A DNA stretch of 57,933 bases, taken from IMG/VR virus record IMGVR_UViG_3300020171_000002. One strand, 5' to 3'. The notes beneath the pieces are model-generated. The model saw only the letters and a list, made by a program, of their open reading frames with translations. It was not told the origin of the DNA and ran no database searches. Source of the stretch: an uncultured virus (IMG/VR IMGVR_UViG_3300020171_000002). Lineage: Duplodnaviria; Heunggongvirae; Uroviricota; Caudoviricetes. Both the position numbers and the translations under genes were made by a program. Of this stretch, positions 10,040 to 20,629 are shown one piece after another; the stretch's first letter is position 1; the number at the start of each line of letters is the position of its first letter.

Positions 10040-10059
10040 GGAGGAGACCGTGAGGAAAT

Positions 10060-10656
10060 ATGACAATTACTAGAACGGTAACTGGAACAGTGCTTAAACC
10101 TGATGGTACTGCATATACCGATTGGGCTTTAACATTTAGATTGGTCAGTGATATTATATCAGATGGTGCAGTTATTCCAAGTTACTCAATTGAAATTATA
10201 ACGGATAGTTCTGGAGATTTTATTACAGAATTAGTTGTTCCAACAAATGGAACTGCTCATTATATAGTTAAATTTAAAAATTTAATTGTATATGAATTTA
10301 ATCTAGCCAGCGGTTCTTCAATCGGACTGAACGAGATTATCTCAATCGCAACGGTCGCAGTCGACCCGAACTACATCACGGAATTGACATCACTCAAGAT
10401 AACCTACACGGATGCAGACTTGCAGATTACAGCAGCACATGAATATGTCTGGAGTGACGAAACGGTGACGATAACGCTACCAGCGAGTACGGGCAGCGGT
10501 GATGCATATATTCTGGAAGCCACAAGCACTGGTTCTGTTACACCAGCCGTTACTGGTAGCGATACTATAAACGGGACTACACCGCTTGTAATTCCAGCTA
10601 ACACGATTGCATATTACGTTGATGCTGAATCTGGCAACTGGCACTCGAATTGGTAA
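10060..10656 (+). CDS. Hypothetical virion appendage/adaptor protein
   Basis: VTGTVLKPDGT N-terminus and a TITLPAS...DTING fibre-like C-terminus. Confidence 0.6.
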   Translation: MTITRTVTGTVLKPDGTAYTDWALTFRLVSDIISDGAVIPSYSIEIITDSSGDFITELVVPTNGTAHYIVKFKNLIVYEFNLASGSSIGLNEIISIATVAVDPNYITELTSLKITYTDADLQITAAHEYVWSDETVTITLPASTGSGDAYILEATSTGSVTPAVTGSDTINGTTPLVIPANTIAYYVDAESGNWHSNW

Positions 10657-10666
10657 AGGAGATGAT

Positions 10667-12739
10667 ATGAATAAACGAAAATTATTGACGTTGATGGGGG
10701 GAAGTAAGCATCCACAATTAGACAATTATAGTTTTCATTCGTTAATTGCTGGTGGAATTAATTTAGATACAGAAGGTGTGGAATATTTATATGGTAAAAA
10801 ATTAACAACTTCTGCAACTGTTGTTAGAAAACTTCTTACCGGACAAGTCATAGAAGAGCGTGGCGCTGTTACCGCTGTAAATGCTAACTATATTGTTCAG
10901 ACCGTTTATACTACAACAACACCGGACTTAATTTTTGTTGTTGTTGCCTATACACTATTCGCAGGAAAGCATTACTTACTTCGTAGTACAGACGGCGGGG
11001 CAACATTCACGCAGGTTATGATCTTCGGAGAAGGAAACGGGGCGGCGGGAGTAGATTCGTCTTCGGTAAGCATCCTTACACAAGCCAGCTTCCTTGAAAC
11101 TACCGTTGCTTATCCTGGTGGTGGGGGTGTTGGAGATTTATATATTGTAGAATACAACTCTAATGCAATTGACGGAGTAAATAGAGTTGAGGGTGGACAA
11201 AACGATATGGTTAGAATAATGAAAAGTACAGATGACGGTGCTAACTGGACTGCCGCAATGACTTGGAACACAGACGGTCACCAAGTATCGCATGCTCATG
11301 GAATAAAACAAGACCCGTATACTGGATATATTTATGTATTATTAGGCGACACGGATGCTGAAAATGGAATTATCCGATGGGATGGCGCAACGGCTTGGAC
11401 TGACAATACTCTTGTTTCTGCTTATGCAACAATTGACGGCTTCAAATCTTATTCAGGTTCACAGCGTGGTCGTTGTGTTGATTTAATGTTTACTCAAAAT
11501 TACGTTATATCAGGATCAGATTCCACAAAAAGTAACAATCCTGCTGGCGATGAAACAGGAATATGGCGTTGGACAAAAGATTTATCAAGTAGTGTGAGAG
11601 TTAATAATGATGTTTGGTCTTATGACGGTATGCATGTTATGTGGGCTGCCGCTAAATTAGGAAATACTTTAATATGGCGAACCGCAAGAATGGCTGGGCC
11701 TGGTGCACCTGGAGCAGAGAACTGGTCAGAAGCACATACTCAAATTTATCTTAGTGATGATGAGGGCGGTTCATGGTATAAAGCTGGACTAGAAATGCAC
11801 GAAGCAGATTTAACAAATGCTGTCAGCACATACGCAAATTATACTTTTGTTTATGATAACAAACTATATATAGATAGTGTATACGGGCTGTATTTCAAAG
11901 GGACGGCATCAATCTATATTTTAGGGAGATCATTTAATAAAGGACAAACGCCAATAGTTGTTCATCCGGTTTATTATGTAGGATTTTGGAACAATGCTGG
12001 TGTTGATTCTTCTGATCGTGGTAAGAATCCAGACAGACCACTTGCTACTAGAGCGTATCTTACAGGAACAATCGGAAGTACCGAAGGTAGAGTAAAAGAA
12101 CACGAACAAGTAGATATAACAGGCGCATGGCTGTCTGGTGGAATATTACCAGCGACATTAATAGGCGCATATCAAAGTAGGGGTGCTGCTTCATACGCAG
12201 CAAGCCTTGTCAACCTGGCAAATCCTGGACTACATGATTTGGTGAGTGGTGCAACTGCACCAGGTTGGTCTACTGAAACAGGATGGGATGCTTCTAATTC
12301 AGGCTATCTTATAACAGACATTACCCCAACAGAAACAACGTTCGTATTATGTATTTATAGTGGAATAACGTCCGCAGGAGGAAAATATGCGTTTGGCGTT
12401 ATAGCTAGTGGGTATTTTATGTTTGCTCCTCTCTATTCTACCGGAAATATTAGACCGTGGTGGGGAGATTATGGAACAAGCATCCCTCTTGATAATACAG
12501 CCGCTAATGTGGCAGGACTTGGAACTAATATGTATTGGTTTAATCAGACAAAAGGAGTTCTGGCAGCTACGTGGACAAATATGACAAATACTTTGGTTCT
12601 TTTAGGTACTAGAAGCGGCGGAAATCCGACAGCATTTGTTGCACAGGGCTTATGGCCTGCGTTTTATATTTATAGTTCAATGCCAACCGATGCACAGATT
12701 TTAGCGGTTGACAACGCTTTGAGGGCATTATTCCCATGA
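10667..12739 (+). CDS. BNR/Asp-box beta-propeller protein (putative receptor-binding or glycosidase)
   Basis: Asp-boxes RSTDGGATF, KSTDDGANW and SDDEGGSW, plus HAHGIKQDPYTG. Confidence 0.7.
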   Translation: MNKRKLLTLMGGSKHPQLDNYSFHSLIAGGINLDTEGVEYLYGKKLTTSATVVRKLLTGQVIEERGAVTAVNANYIVQTVYTTTTPDLIFVVVAYTLFAGKHYLLRSTDGGATFTQVMIFGEGNGAAGVDSSSVSILTQASFLETTVAYPGGGGVGDLYIVEYNSNAIDGVNRVEGGQNDMVRIMKSTDDGANWTAAMTWNTDGHQVSHAHGIKQDPYTGYIYVLLGDTDAENGIIRWDGATAWTDNTLVSAYATIDGFKSYSGSQRGRCVDLMFTQNYVISGSDSTKSNNPAGDETGIWRWTKDLSSSVRVNNDVWSYDGMHVMWAAAKLGNTLIWRTARMAGPGAPGAENWSEAHTQIYLSDDEGGSWYKAGLEMHEADLTNAVSTYANYTFVYDNKLYIDSVYGLYFKGTASIYILGRSFNKGQTPIVVHPVYYVGFWNNAGVDSSDRGKNPDRPLATRAYLTGTIGSTEGRVKEHEQVDITGAWLSGGILPATLIGAYQSRGAASYAASLVNLANPGLHDLVSGATAPGWSTETGWDASNSGYLITDITPTETTFVLCIYSGITSAGGKYAFGVIASGYFMFAPLYSTGNIRPWWGDYGTSIPLDNTAANVAGLGTNMYWFNQTKGVLAATWTNMTNTLVLLGTRSGGNPTAFVAQGLWPAFYIYSSMPTDAQILAVDNALRALFP

Positions 12740-12918
12740 CCCCCACCCTCGACTACGCCAACACCATGATCCAAATCTACCTCAACGCTGATGACTGGCA
12801 GCCCGAAGCTATCAAACATTATTTGGAGCTGCGATTGAGCGAGATGGTGAAGGCGGACAGGGAACGGGAACTTGAACGATTAGCGATTGATGCGATGGAG
12901 GAAGATGACGATTCATAA
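12736..12918 (+). CDS. Small hypothetical protein, GC-rich
   Basis: ATGA overlap with the upstream gene. Confidence 0.6.
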   Translation: MTPTLDYANTMIQIYLNADDWQPEAIKHYLELRLSEMVKADRERELERLAIDAMEEDDDS

Positions 12919-13209
12919 TAAAAGATACATTTTATTGTTTTAAAATGTTTTTTTGTTAAGTGATAGTTTTTATATAATATTCTGTTTAGAGAAAGTGAAT
13001 CGTGAGATGGCAACTCAAATAATAAGATTCAGCCAAGCATATATGGTAAATCACCCCTTTTAGCCAAAAGGTTGTCCGTATTTTTATTATTATAATTATT
13101 TTTGAGACGTAAAATGTATATGCCAGAGTATTATTTTTTATAAATAAAAATTAATATGTTTATAGGTAACGCTTATGAAAAGAAAGATCATTAAATAAGG
13201 AGAAATCTT

Positions 13210-14499
13210 TTGAAAGATTATATTTTTCAAGAATGTTATAGATACTATATTGGAGAAATACCTAGATATTGGGACATTTTAATGGAAAAATATCCCAATG
13301 AATATATTACCAAGGAAGCTATGCGTTCTGCATTCAAAAAAGAAAGATCAAAAAGAGGAATTCCATCAAAAATGAATTCTAGTAATATTATTGGTGATTT
13401 AGATAAAAGCATTGATGCAGATGAAGTTATATATAATGAGGCTTCAGAGTTAAAACAAGATGGGACTTATTATTCTGATAAACTTGTTGAAATGAGTGAG
13501 GAAGATAAACGAAGTCCTAAAAGAATGTTGGAACTCCATAATCTTGATCCTGATTTATGGGAAGTATATTTGGTTAGAAATAATTTATGGCACTCTCAAA
13601 GAAAAAATGATCAAGGAAGATTGCTGCTTTATCAATCCCGTCTCACGGCAAAACCGAAACAAAACAAGTCAGTTACTTTTGAAGATGTTGATAGATTTTT
13701 TGAGAACTATGAGTATCAATCTAAAATAAATATAAAAAAATATAAAGATAATAACGAAAAAGTTTTGGAAATTGCCATTGCAGACATGCATAATGGAAAA
13801 CTTCCTTACTTAGATGACGATTCTGTTCAGGATAATTTTTATTATACTATTTCTGAAGTCCTAAATAGAACAAAGGGAAAGAATATAAGCAAAATATATT
13901 TTACTCCTATGGGTGATACAAGTAATTTTGATAGTATAAATGGATCTACTACGGCTGGTACTCCAGTTTCCAATAATAAAACTCTTCAAACTGTTTTTGA
14001 TGAAACAACCGATATGTTTGTTGATGCAATTGAGCAATTGTCTAATATTGCTGAGGTTGAAGTTTTACACATTCCAGGAAATCATGATTTAGGATTTTCT
14101 TATTATTTGATTAAATCTCTAGAAATGTATTTTAGAAAACACAATGGAGTAAAAATAGATACTGATCATAAAGTTAGAAAATTTAGACAAATTGGAAATA
14201 CACTGCTTGGAATTTCACACGGGGACATGCCAAAATCTAACAATTTTTCATGGTTACAAGTTGAAGCCAGAGAAATATGGGGAAAAACAAAATATTCTGA
14301 AATACATCTCGCCCATTTTCATTCGCAAGACACTATTGAGAAGAACGGTACTGTGATTCGCTATCTTCCAAGTATGTCTCCAACTGATGATTGGCATTAT
14401 AAAAAGGGATATGTTGGAGCAGTTAGAAGCACGTGTTGTTTTCTTTGGGATTTGGAAAAAGGTCTTGAAGAACAATGGTTCATAAACATTCCAAATTAA
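13210..14499 (+). CDS. Calcineurin-like metallophosphoesterase (YonJ-like)
   Basis: ADMH, GD, GNHD, HGD and HFH motifs. Confidence 0.85.
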   Translation: MKDYIFQECYRYYIGEIPRYWDILMEKYPNEYITKEAMRSAFKKERSKRGIPSKMNSSNIIGDLDKSIDADEVIYNEASELKQDGTYYSDKLVEMSEEDKRSPKRMLELHNLDPDLWEVYLVRNNLWHSQRKNDQGRLLLYQSRLTAKPKQNKSVTFEDVDRFFENYEYQSKINIKKYKDNNEKVLEIAIADMHNGKLPYLDDDSVQDNFYYTISEVLNRTKGKNISKIYFTPMGDTSNFDSINGSTTAGTPVSNNKTLQTVFDETTDMFVDAIEQLSNIAEVEVLHIPGNHDLGFSYYLIKSLEMYFRKHNGVKIDTDHKVRKFRQIGNTLLGISHGDMPKSNNFSWLQVEAREIWGKTKYSEIHLAHFHSQDTIEKNGTVIRYLPSMSPTDDWHYKKGYVGAVRSTCCFLWDLEKGLEEQWFINIPN

Positions 14500-14521
14500 A
14501 AACAAAAAGGTTAAAAAATAA

Positions 14522-14707
14522 ATGGATAAAAAACAATTTATAATTCAAGAAGATTTAGCAAATGCAATTTTACAATATCTGGCATCTAAGCCTTATAGTG
14601 AGGTTTTTCAATTGATAGGTGGGCTACAACAGTTGAAAATAATGGATGTTCCTGAACTTTCTAAACCAAAAAAAGAAAAAGATAAATTAGAACAAGCAAT
14701 AGAATAA
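14522..14707 (+). CDS. Small hypothetical protein
   Basis: 61-aa ORF, LANAILQYLASKPYSEV. Confidence 0.7.
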   Translation: MDKKQFIIQEDLANAILQYLASKPYSEVFQLIGGLQQLKIMDVPELSKPKKEKDKLEQAIE

Positions 14708-14722
14708 AACGGAGATTTTATT

Positions 14723-15529
14723 ATGGAAAAAGGATATGTTTATAATCTTTATCCCAACAATGTTCCTTCATCTTGGGGGATTGTTTGGATTGATGCGGTA
14801 AAATCTAATGTAATTCATCCTCAGTTTTTTGATAATTGGAACAAAATAAAAGATGCTAAAAAAGGGTTGATTCATAAATTAGGTCTAACACAAACTGCTG
14901 GAATTAATGAAAATGGAACTATGATGCATGTTGTTCTTGGTGAACTACAAGCTAATAACTGGAATAATGGAGTTCCTATTATTTTAGATATTTATGATTC
15001 AACCTCTGGAGAAAGTTTTGAATTGCATCATATTAGGGGCTATTTAGAATATATACACGCTAGAGTAAACCTAGAAACGAAACCAATCTTAAGAATTTTA
15101 TCTGGAACGTGGAACTCGTGGTATGATAATGCTTATTCAGAATTAAAAAAGGTTCTTGAATTAGCAGATCCTTTAATTATAGGTTGGGGAGGAAATAAAC
15201 CTACTTCAATTAAAACGGGATATGTTAATTGGTTTGAATATGGACAACCCATAGATCCAAGCAAGGCTTCTATTGCTTATATTGCACATGATGAAACCGG
15301 AATGTGGGAAAAAAGTCCTCAGGAACCAGTTGTAATTCCCCCTCCCGAAGAACCTAATGATCCAATTGAAGATCCATTTGACGAGGACGAATATGAAGAC
15401 GATGGTCTTTTATTAGGGTTTGATCCCATTAAAAAATGGAATGTTAATTTAGAATTTAATTTATTAGGATTTTTAAAAGGTTCTATAAAAGGCTCTATTG
15501 ATGCCGTTTTTGAGGATGAAGAAGAATAG
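14723..15529 (+). CDS. Degenerate GH25-like protein with Pro/acidic linker
   Basis: Aligns by eye to the 49552 GH25 barrel but lacks the DxE motif. Confidence 0.5.
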   Translation: MEKGYVYNLYPNNVPSSWGIVWIDAVKSNVIHPQFFDNWNKIKDAKKGLIHKLGLTQTAGINENGTMMHVVLGELQANNWNNGVPIILDIYDSTSGESFELHHIRGYLEYIHARVNLETKPILRILSGTWNSWYDNAYSELKKVLELADPLIIGWGGNKPTSIKTGYVNWFEYGQPIDPSKASIAYIAHDETGMWEKSPQEPVVIPPPEEPNDPIEDPFDEDEYEDDGLLLGFDPIKKWNVNLEFNLLGFLKGSIKGSIDAVFEDEEE

Positions 15530-15567
15530 TTAAAAAATTGAATGAAGGGGATTTTAAATTTTATTAG

Positions 15568-15640
15568 TGCGGATGGGAGGTTAGGTTATCTCACAAGTCT
15601 CATAAACTTGTAAAAACGGTTTCGATTGCCGTATCCGCTA
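15568..15640 (+). tRNA. tRNA-Met(CAT), initiator-like and atypical
   Basis: Cloverleaf: acceptor GCGGAT/ATCCGC, D stem GAGG/TCTC, anticodon stem CAAGT/ACTTG with loop CTCATAA, T loop TTCGATT. No encoded CCA. Confidence 0.8.
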
Positions 15641-15707
15641 TTAATGCATCTTAGGATGCAAATTATTAAATAAAAGGGATATTTTATTGGTACTGGAGTT
15701 TAAAAAT

Positions 15708-16709
15708 ATGGAAAATGAACAACCTAAAAAGGCAACTCGAAGTAGAAGAATAAAACAACAATCAAAGGTTTTATCTTCTGATGCTAGTGGATTATCTTCA
15801 AATTACTGTAGAAAATGTCAAAGAATGCTTTCTGGAGCACAGTTTTATAAGGCAACAGATTTAATTTTAGATACGAATGGAAAAATGTCTGTTTGTAAAT
15901 CTTGTTGTGATGGATTGTACAACACTTTTTATGGAGTTGAAGGAACACTTGATAAATCCGTATATAGAATGTGTAAAACCATAAATGTTGTTTACAGTGA
16001 AGTTGCTCTTGATAAATTAAAAACTCATTTAGATACTTCTATGAAAAGGGGAAGGGTTGTTAATAGTCCATTTGGTATTTATATGAGCAAAATTCAAAGT
16101 TCAGTTAATAATGATGATTTAATCAATTTAACATTTATGGACAATATTATGGAAAATAGAAGATTTGAAGAAGATATTATGGATACCGAATATGATATTG
16201 ACGAAATAAATCTATTAAAGAAAAAATGGGGAAACAAGTATTCGGTAGATGAATTAGCCTATTTAGAAGACAAACTTTCAAAATGGGATGGTTCTCACGG
16301 TATAAATACTTATGCTGATGAGGTTTCTTTAATCAATGTTTGTCGAAAACAGTTAGAGATAGATACATCAAACGAACAACCTGGTTTAGATACAAGTAAT
16401 TTAGTAAAGCAACTTTCTGACTTGATGAAATTAGCAGGAGTTGATCCAAAAGAAACAAAAACAGCAATTGTTGGAAAAAGTAAAGAAACATTTTCTAATT
16501 TTATTAAAATTATTGAAGAAACAGAACCAGCAGAATATTATAAAGACAAAAATTTATTTAAAGATTTTGATAAATTGAATTTTTATTTTAAAAAGTATGT
16601 TACCAGACCATTAGGGAATTTTCTTAGAGTTACAAGGGATTTTGATGTATCGGAAATCGAAGATGATAATGATGATTTTGATGTTCTGGATCAAGCTATT
16701 GATGAATAG
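15708..16709 (+). CDS. Zn-finger protein upstream of terminase (putative small terminase subunit)
   Basis: CRKC...CKSC and position directly before terL. Confidence 0.55.
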   Translation: MENEQPKKATRSRRIKQQSKVLSSDASGLSSNYCRKCQRMLSGAQFYKATDLILDTNGKMSVCKSCCDGLYNTFYGVEGTLDKSVYRMCKTINVVYSEVALDKLKTHLDTSMKRGRVVNSPFGIYMSKIQSSVNNDDLINLTFMDNIMENRRFEEDIMDTEYDIDEINLLKKKWGNKYSVDELAYLEDKLSKWDGSHGINTYADEVSLINVCRKQLEIDTSNEQPGLDTSNLVKQLSDLMKLAGVDPKETKTAIVGKSKETFSNFIKIIEETEPAEYYKDKNLFKDFDKLNFYFKKYVTRPLGNFLRVTRDFDVSEIEDDNDDFDVLDQAIDE

Positions 16710-16714
16710 GAGAA

Positions 16715-18553
16715 TTGACTATGCCAACTTCTCCTAGACCATATAAAAACCAAAGTACAAAAGATAAAAATAGTCAAAGTATCTTTAAAAAACAAAAATC
16801 TTTTATTACCCAAGAGGTTTTGGAGGAAGAGCGAAAAGAGCGATTAAAAAAATGGATTACTTTTTTTAGAAGAAACCCCCATAGATTTATTATGGATTAT
16901 TTTGGAATTCATTTACATATTTATCAAATATTGATGGTATGGGTTCTTCAAAGAAGTAATTTGGCTTATATTGTTGCCAGTCGTGCTTCTGCTAAAACTT
17001 GGATTATAGCTGTTTGGTCTTGTGCTTTAGCTGTTTTGTATCCAGGTATAAAAATAATTGTTTGTGCTAAAACGTTGAAACAAGGTGGAATTATAATTTC
17101 TGAAAAGATTATGCAACTCAGAAAAGAACACGCTAATCTTGAAAGAGAAATTGAAAGCATAACAGCTAATCCAAATAATTATAGTTGTGTTTTTCATAAT
17201 GGATCAACAATAATAGTTGTTCCTAGTTCGGAATCAGCCAGAGGTAATCGTGCCAATTACATTATTGTAGAAGAAAGTCGTTTAGTTCCAAAAGATATTT
17301 TAGAGGGAGTTATTAAACCATTTTTAGAAACACGTAATCCTCCTTATAAAAATAATCCTAAATATGCTAATGATCAAAGACTTCAAGAAGAAGGAACTAT
17401 ATCATATATTACATCTTCTTGGTACACAATGGAATATTGGTACACTTATGTTCAAACATGTATAAAAAGAATGAATTCTGGTGATGAAACAGCGAACTTT
17501 TTAGCGTTTGACTATTTAATTTCATTACATCATGGTATTAAAACAAAAGCCATGCTTAAGAATGAAATGGAAGATGCTGATCCTTTAACGGTTCAAATGG
17601 AGTATCTAAATATTCCAAGTGGATCTAGTGGAAAAAGTTATTTCAAATCAACTTTATTTAAAAGAAACATAAAACAGGCTTTTTATCCTCAAAAAGAAGA
17701 TAATTTTAATACTAAAAAAAATCCCTATGGATTGCCAAAAACAACAGGAGAAATAAGGTTTGTAAGTTGTGATATTGCTACAAGAGCAAATAAAGCAAAT
17801 GACAATTCTATTATCGAGTGTGTTAGGGCTTTACCTTTAATTGGGGTTGGATATCGAAGACAACTTGTTTATGCAGAATCACATAAAGGATCTCATGCCG
17901 GAGAACAGGCTAAAAGATTAAAAAGAGTATTTTATGATTTTGAAGCTGATTATTTAGTTTTAGATGTTCAATCAGCAGGTATTGGAATCTTCGATTTTCT
18001 TAGTGAAGAAACTATTGATGAAGAAAGAGGAGTTGTTTATCCGGCAATGACAGTTGTTGATGAATATTTTGGTATTATAAAACAAGATGCCAGAGAAGAT
18101 CTTAGGAAAAATCACACTAGAGGGTTAGAAGCAAAACCAATTATATTTCCAATTACCGCTAGTCAGGCAATGAATAGTGATATTGCTGTTTCTTTTAGAT
18201 CTTTACTTCAAAGAAGAATGTGGGAATTTTTAATTCCTGAATCTGAAGGTGAAGAATATTTATTGAAAAAGAATAAAGAATTTCTTTCTGATCCAGACGA
18301 TTCGTATCTTAGAGGATTTTTCTTAAATCCGTATGTTCAAACAGGATTACTAATTGGTGAATGTATTAATTTAGATATGAAACCTGTTAATGGATTAATT
18401 AAATTGGTTGAAAAACCAGGTTCATATAAAGATAGATATTCTACAATATCTTATGTAAACTATGTCATAGCAAAAGAATTTGATATTGAATTAGTTAAAC
18501 AAAAAGAAGATAAAGATGATTTAGAGGCTATGGTTGCACTTAGTTATTGGTAA
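16715..18553 (+). CDS. terL: Terminase large subunit
   Basis: Walker A ASRASAKT, Walker B IIVEE, nuclease motifs SCDIA and KDRYS. Confidence 0.9.
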   Translation: MTMPTSPRPYKNQSTKDKNSQSIFKKQKSFITQEVLEEERKERLKKWITFFRRNPHRFIMDYFGIHLHIYQILMVWVLQRSNLAYIVASRASAKTWIIAVWSCALAVLYPGIKIIVCAKTLKQGGIIISEKIMQLRKEHANLEREIESITANPNNYSCVFHNGSTIIVVPSSESARGNRANYIIVEESRLVPKDILEGVIKPFLETRNPPYKNNPKYANDQRLQEEGTISYITSSWYTMEYWYTYVQTCIKRMNSGDETANFLAFDYLISLHHGIKTKAMLKNEMEDADPLTVQMEYLNIPSGSSGKSYFKSTLFKRNIKQAFYPQKEDNFNTKKNPYGLPKTTGEIRFVSCDIATRANKANDNSIIECVRALPLIGVGYRRQLVYAESHKGSHAGEQAKRLKRVFYDFEADYLVLDVQSAGIGIFDFLSEETIDEERGVVYPAMTVVDEYFGIIKQDAREDLRKNHTRGLEAKPIIFPITASQAMNSDIAVSFRSLLQRRMWEFLIPESEGEEYLLKKNKEFLSDPDDSYLRGFFLNPYVQTGLLIGECINLDMKPVNGLIKLVEKPGSYKDRYSTISYVNYVIAKEFDIELVKQKEDKDDLEAMVALSYW

Positions 18554-18579
18554 AATAATACTAAAAGAAAGGAGAGTGC

Positions 18580-20169
18580 ATGACTGAAGAAAATAAAAAT
18601 GATGAAATTCTTCTTTCTAAAGAAGAGGTTTTTGATGTAATAAAATTTGCGCAAACAATGTATAATACAAGTTATAATTTATTGACTCCTGATTTATTGA
18701 ATCAAAGAATAAAAGAAATTTCATTCAATCCTCTTTCTCCAACTGAGAGAAACATTACAGATGCATTAGGTAATGCAAAAAATTCAGAAGAACAATTAAG
18801 AGATTATATTGAATTTTTTGAAATATTATCTATGCCTTTGAAAAGAATATTTTCATATATGGCAAGTCATTTAGCTTTTGACTTACAATATACTGTAAAA
18901 AATTCAATGAAAGATAAAGAATATGAAAGTAGTAGTTATACAAAAGATAAAGAAGTTCTATATGAATATTTTGATAAATTTGATTATAGATCATTTTTTA
19001 GAAATATTTCGAAGCAATTGTTAAGAAATGAAATGTGTGTCGTTACTCCAAGAGAAAATAAAGACACAATTGTTTTACAAGAACTTCCTTTACAATATTG
19101 TAAAATTACAGCTAAAGGAAGTAGAGCGCCTTTAATATCTTTTAATTTTTATTATTTTATTCAACCTGGAGTTGATATAAATTTATATCCAGATTTCTTT
19201 AAAAAGAAATATGCCGAATTATTTGGTGGTAAAACAAATGTTCAAATATATAATCCATCTCTTCCACCTGAGTTAAGAGGAAATTCAGAATATAATTTTT
19301 GGGTTGATTTACCTCCAACAGAAGGTTGGGTATTTAAATTAGACACATCTTTAATGACTGCTATTCCATATTTTTCTGCTATGTTGCCTTTGCTTATAAA
19401 CGATCAAACTATGATTGCTTTACAAAAAAACATTAATATGGCTGCTGCTTCAAAAATATTGTTTGGTGAAGTTCCAATGAGAAAAGATGATAAAGGTGCT
19501 TCTGTTGCAGATATGGCAGCATTAAGTCCTGTTCAATTAGGACAATTTATGGCTTTGGCTAAATCTGCTGTTGGAGAGGCTATTAAAGTTTCTGCTGCTC
19601 CATTAGAAAATATGCAAGCATTTTCTTTTGAAGGTGATACAGATGTTCTAAGTAAATGGATTCAGACTTCTATGTCTATGTCTGGAATGGATACGGCATT
19701 AATTTATTCAATGCAAACAAAAGCAAATTTAGTGGATTCTCAATTATCATTTGAATCTGATTCTAAGATAATGGAACAACAATTATATCCTCAATTTGCT
19801 GCATTTCTTAATTATTGGGTAAATTTAAGAACAAGTAAATATAAATATAGATTTAGACTAGAAGGTAATGATTATTATTTAAATAGAACTCAAAGATATG
19901 ATAGAGCTATGGGAATGGCAGATAAAGGAATAGTTCTTCCACAGTTGATTTCTAGTGCTATAGGATTATTACCGCAAGAGTTGGAAAGAATGCTTCAAGA
20001 GGCTAGAGGAAGTGGCTTTGTCGATAAACTTACTCCGATTATTTCTGGTTTTCAAATGAGTGGAAAAGATGCTGAAGGTGGCAGACCAAAATCATCGGAT
20101 AGTGAATTGGGAGAAGCTGGTGCTCAAACAAGAGAAACTGGCTCAAATGAGGCAAAAAAATTAAAATGA
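18580..20169 (+). CDS. Portal protein
   Basis: 529 aa directly after terL, with a C-terminal GGRP acidic tail. Confidence 0.75.
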   Translation: MTEENKNDEILLSKEEVFDVIKFAQTMYNTSYNLLTPDLLNQRIKEISFNPLSPTERNITDALGNAKNSEEQLRDYIEFFEILSMPLKRIFSYMASHLAFDLQYTVKNSMKDKEYESSSYTKDKEVLYEYFDKFDYRSFFRNISKQLLRNEMCVVTPRENKDTIVLQELPLQYCKITAKGSRAPLISFNFYYFIQPGVDINLYPDFFKKKYAELFGGKTNVQIYNPSLPPELRGNSEYNFWVDLPPTEGWVFKLDTSLMTAIPYFSAMLPLLINDQTMIALQKNINMAAASKILFGEVPMRKDDKGASVADMAALSPVQLGQFMALAKSAVGEAIKVSAAPLENMQAFSFEGDTDVLSKWIQTSMSMSGMDTALIYSMQTKANLVDSQLSFESDSKIMEQQLYPQFAAFLNYWVNLRTSKYKYRFRLEGNDYYLNRTQRYDRAMGMADKGIVLPQLISSAIGLLPQELERMLQEARGSGFVDKLTPIISGFQMSGKDAEGGRPKSSDSELGEAGAQTRETGSNEAKKLK

Positions 20170-20253
20170 AAATATAACGAATGCCTTTTCGAACAAGGTA
20201 TTTGGCTTCCGTATTTTCAATATACAGACAATAAATGGAGGAAATAAATTATT

Positions 20254-20586
20254 ATGATTACTGCAACACAAAAATCAAAATTAAATAAAATGAATCGTGC
20301 TTCTCAGGACGTAAGTTTAGGAACATTAGTTCAGGGATTTCAGGGTTCATCTGCAACAACTGTTTCTGCTGGTCAAGCAAGTGCTTCATCTGTAGCAATT
20401 GATACTGGATTAGATTCTGTTACCGGATATGTTTTTCAACAATTTCGTTCATCGGGTTCTTTAGTTATTCCTACAAGTGGATCACAGTATTATGTTAAAA
20501 ATGCTTCAGGAACAGTTACAATTTCAAGTCCTGCTGCTGGTGTAATTCAAACAGGAGATATTATCAATCTTGTCACTTTCCAATAA
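20254..20586 (+). CDS. Small virion protein (putative head decoration)
   Basis: S/A/G/T-rich, located in the head module. Confidence 0.55.
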   Translation: MITATQKSKLNKMNRASQDVSLGTLVQGFQGSSATTVSAGQASASSVAIDTGLDSVTGYVFQQFRSSGSLVIPTSGSQYYVKNASGTVTISSPAAGVIQTGDIINLVTFQ

Positions 20587-20629
20587 AATATGTCTTTTAT
20601 TTAATTTTTTAGAAAGGAGGTAGACTAGA

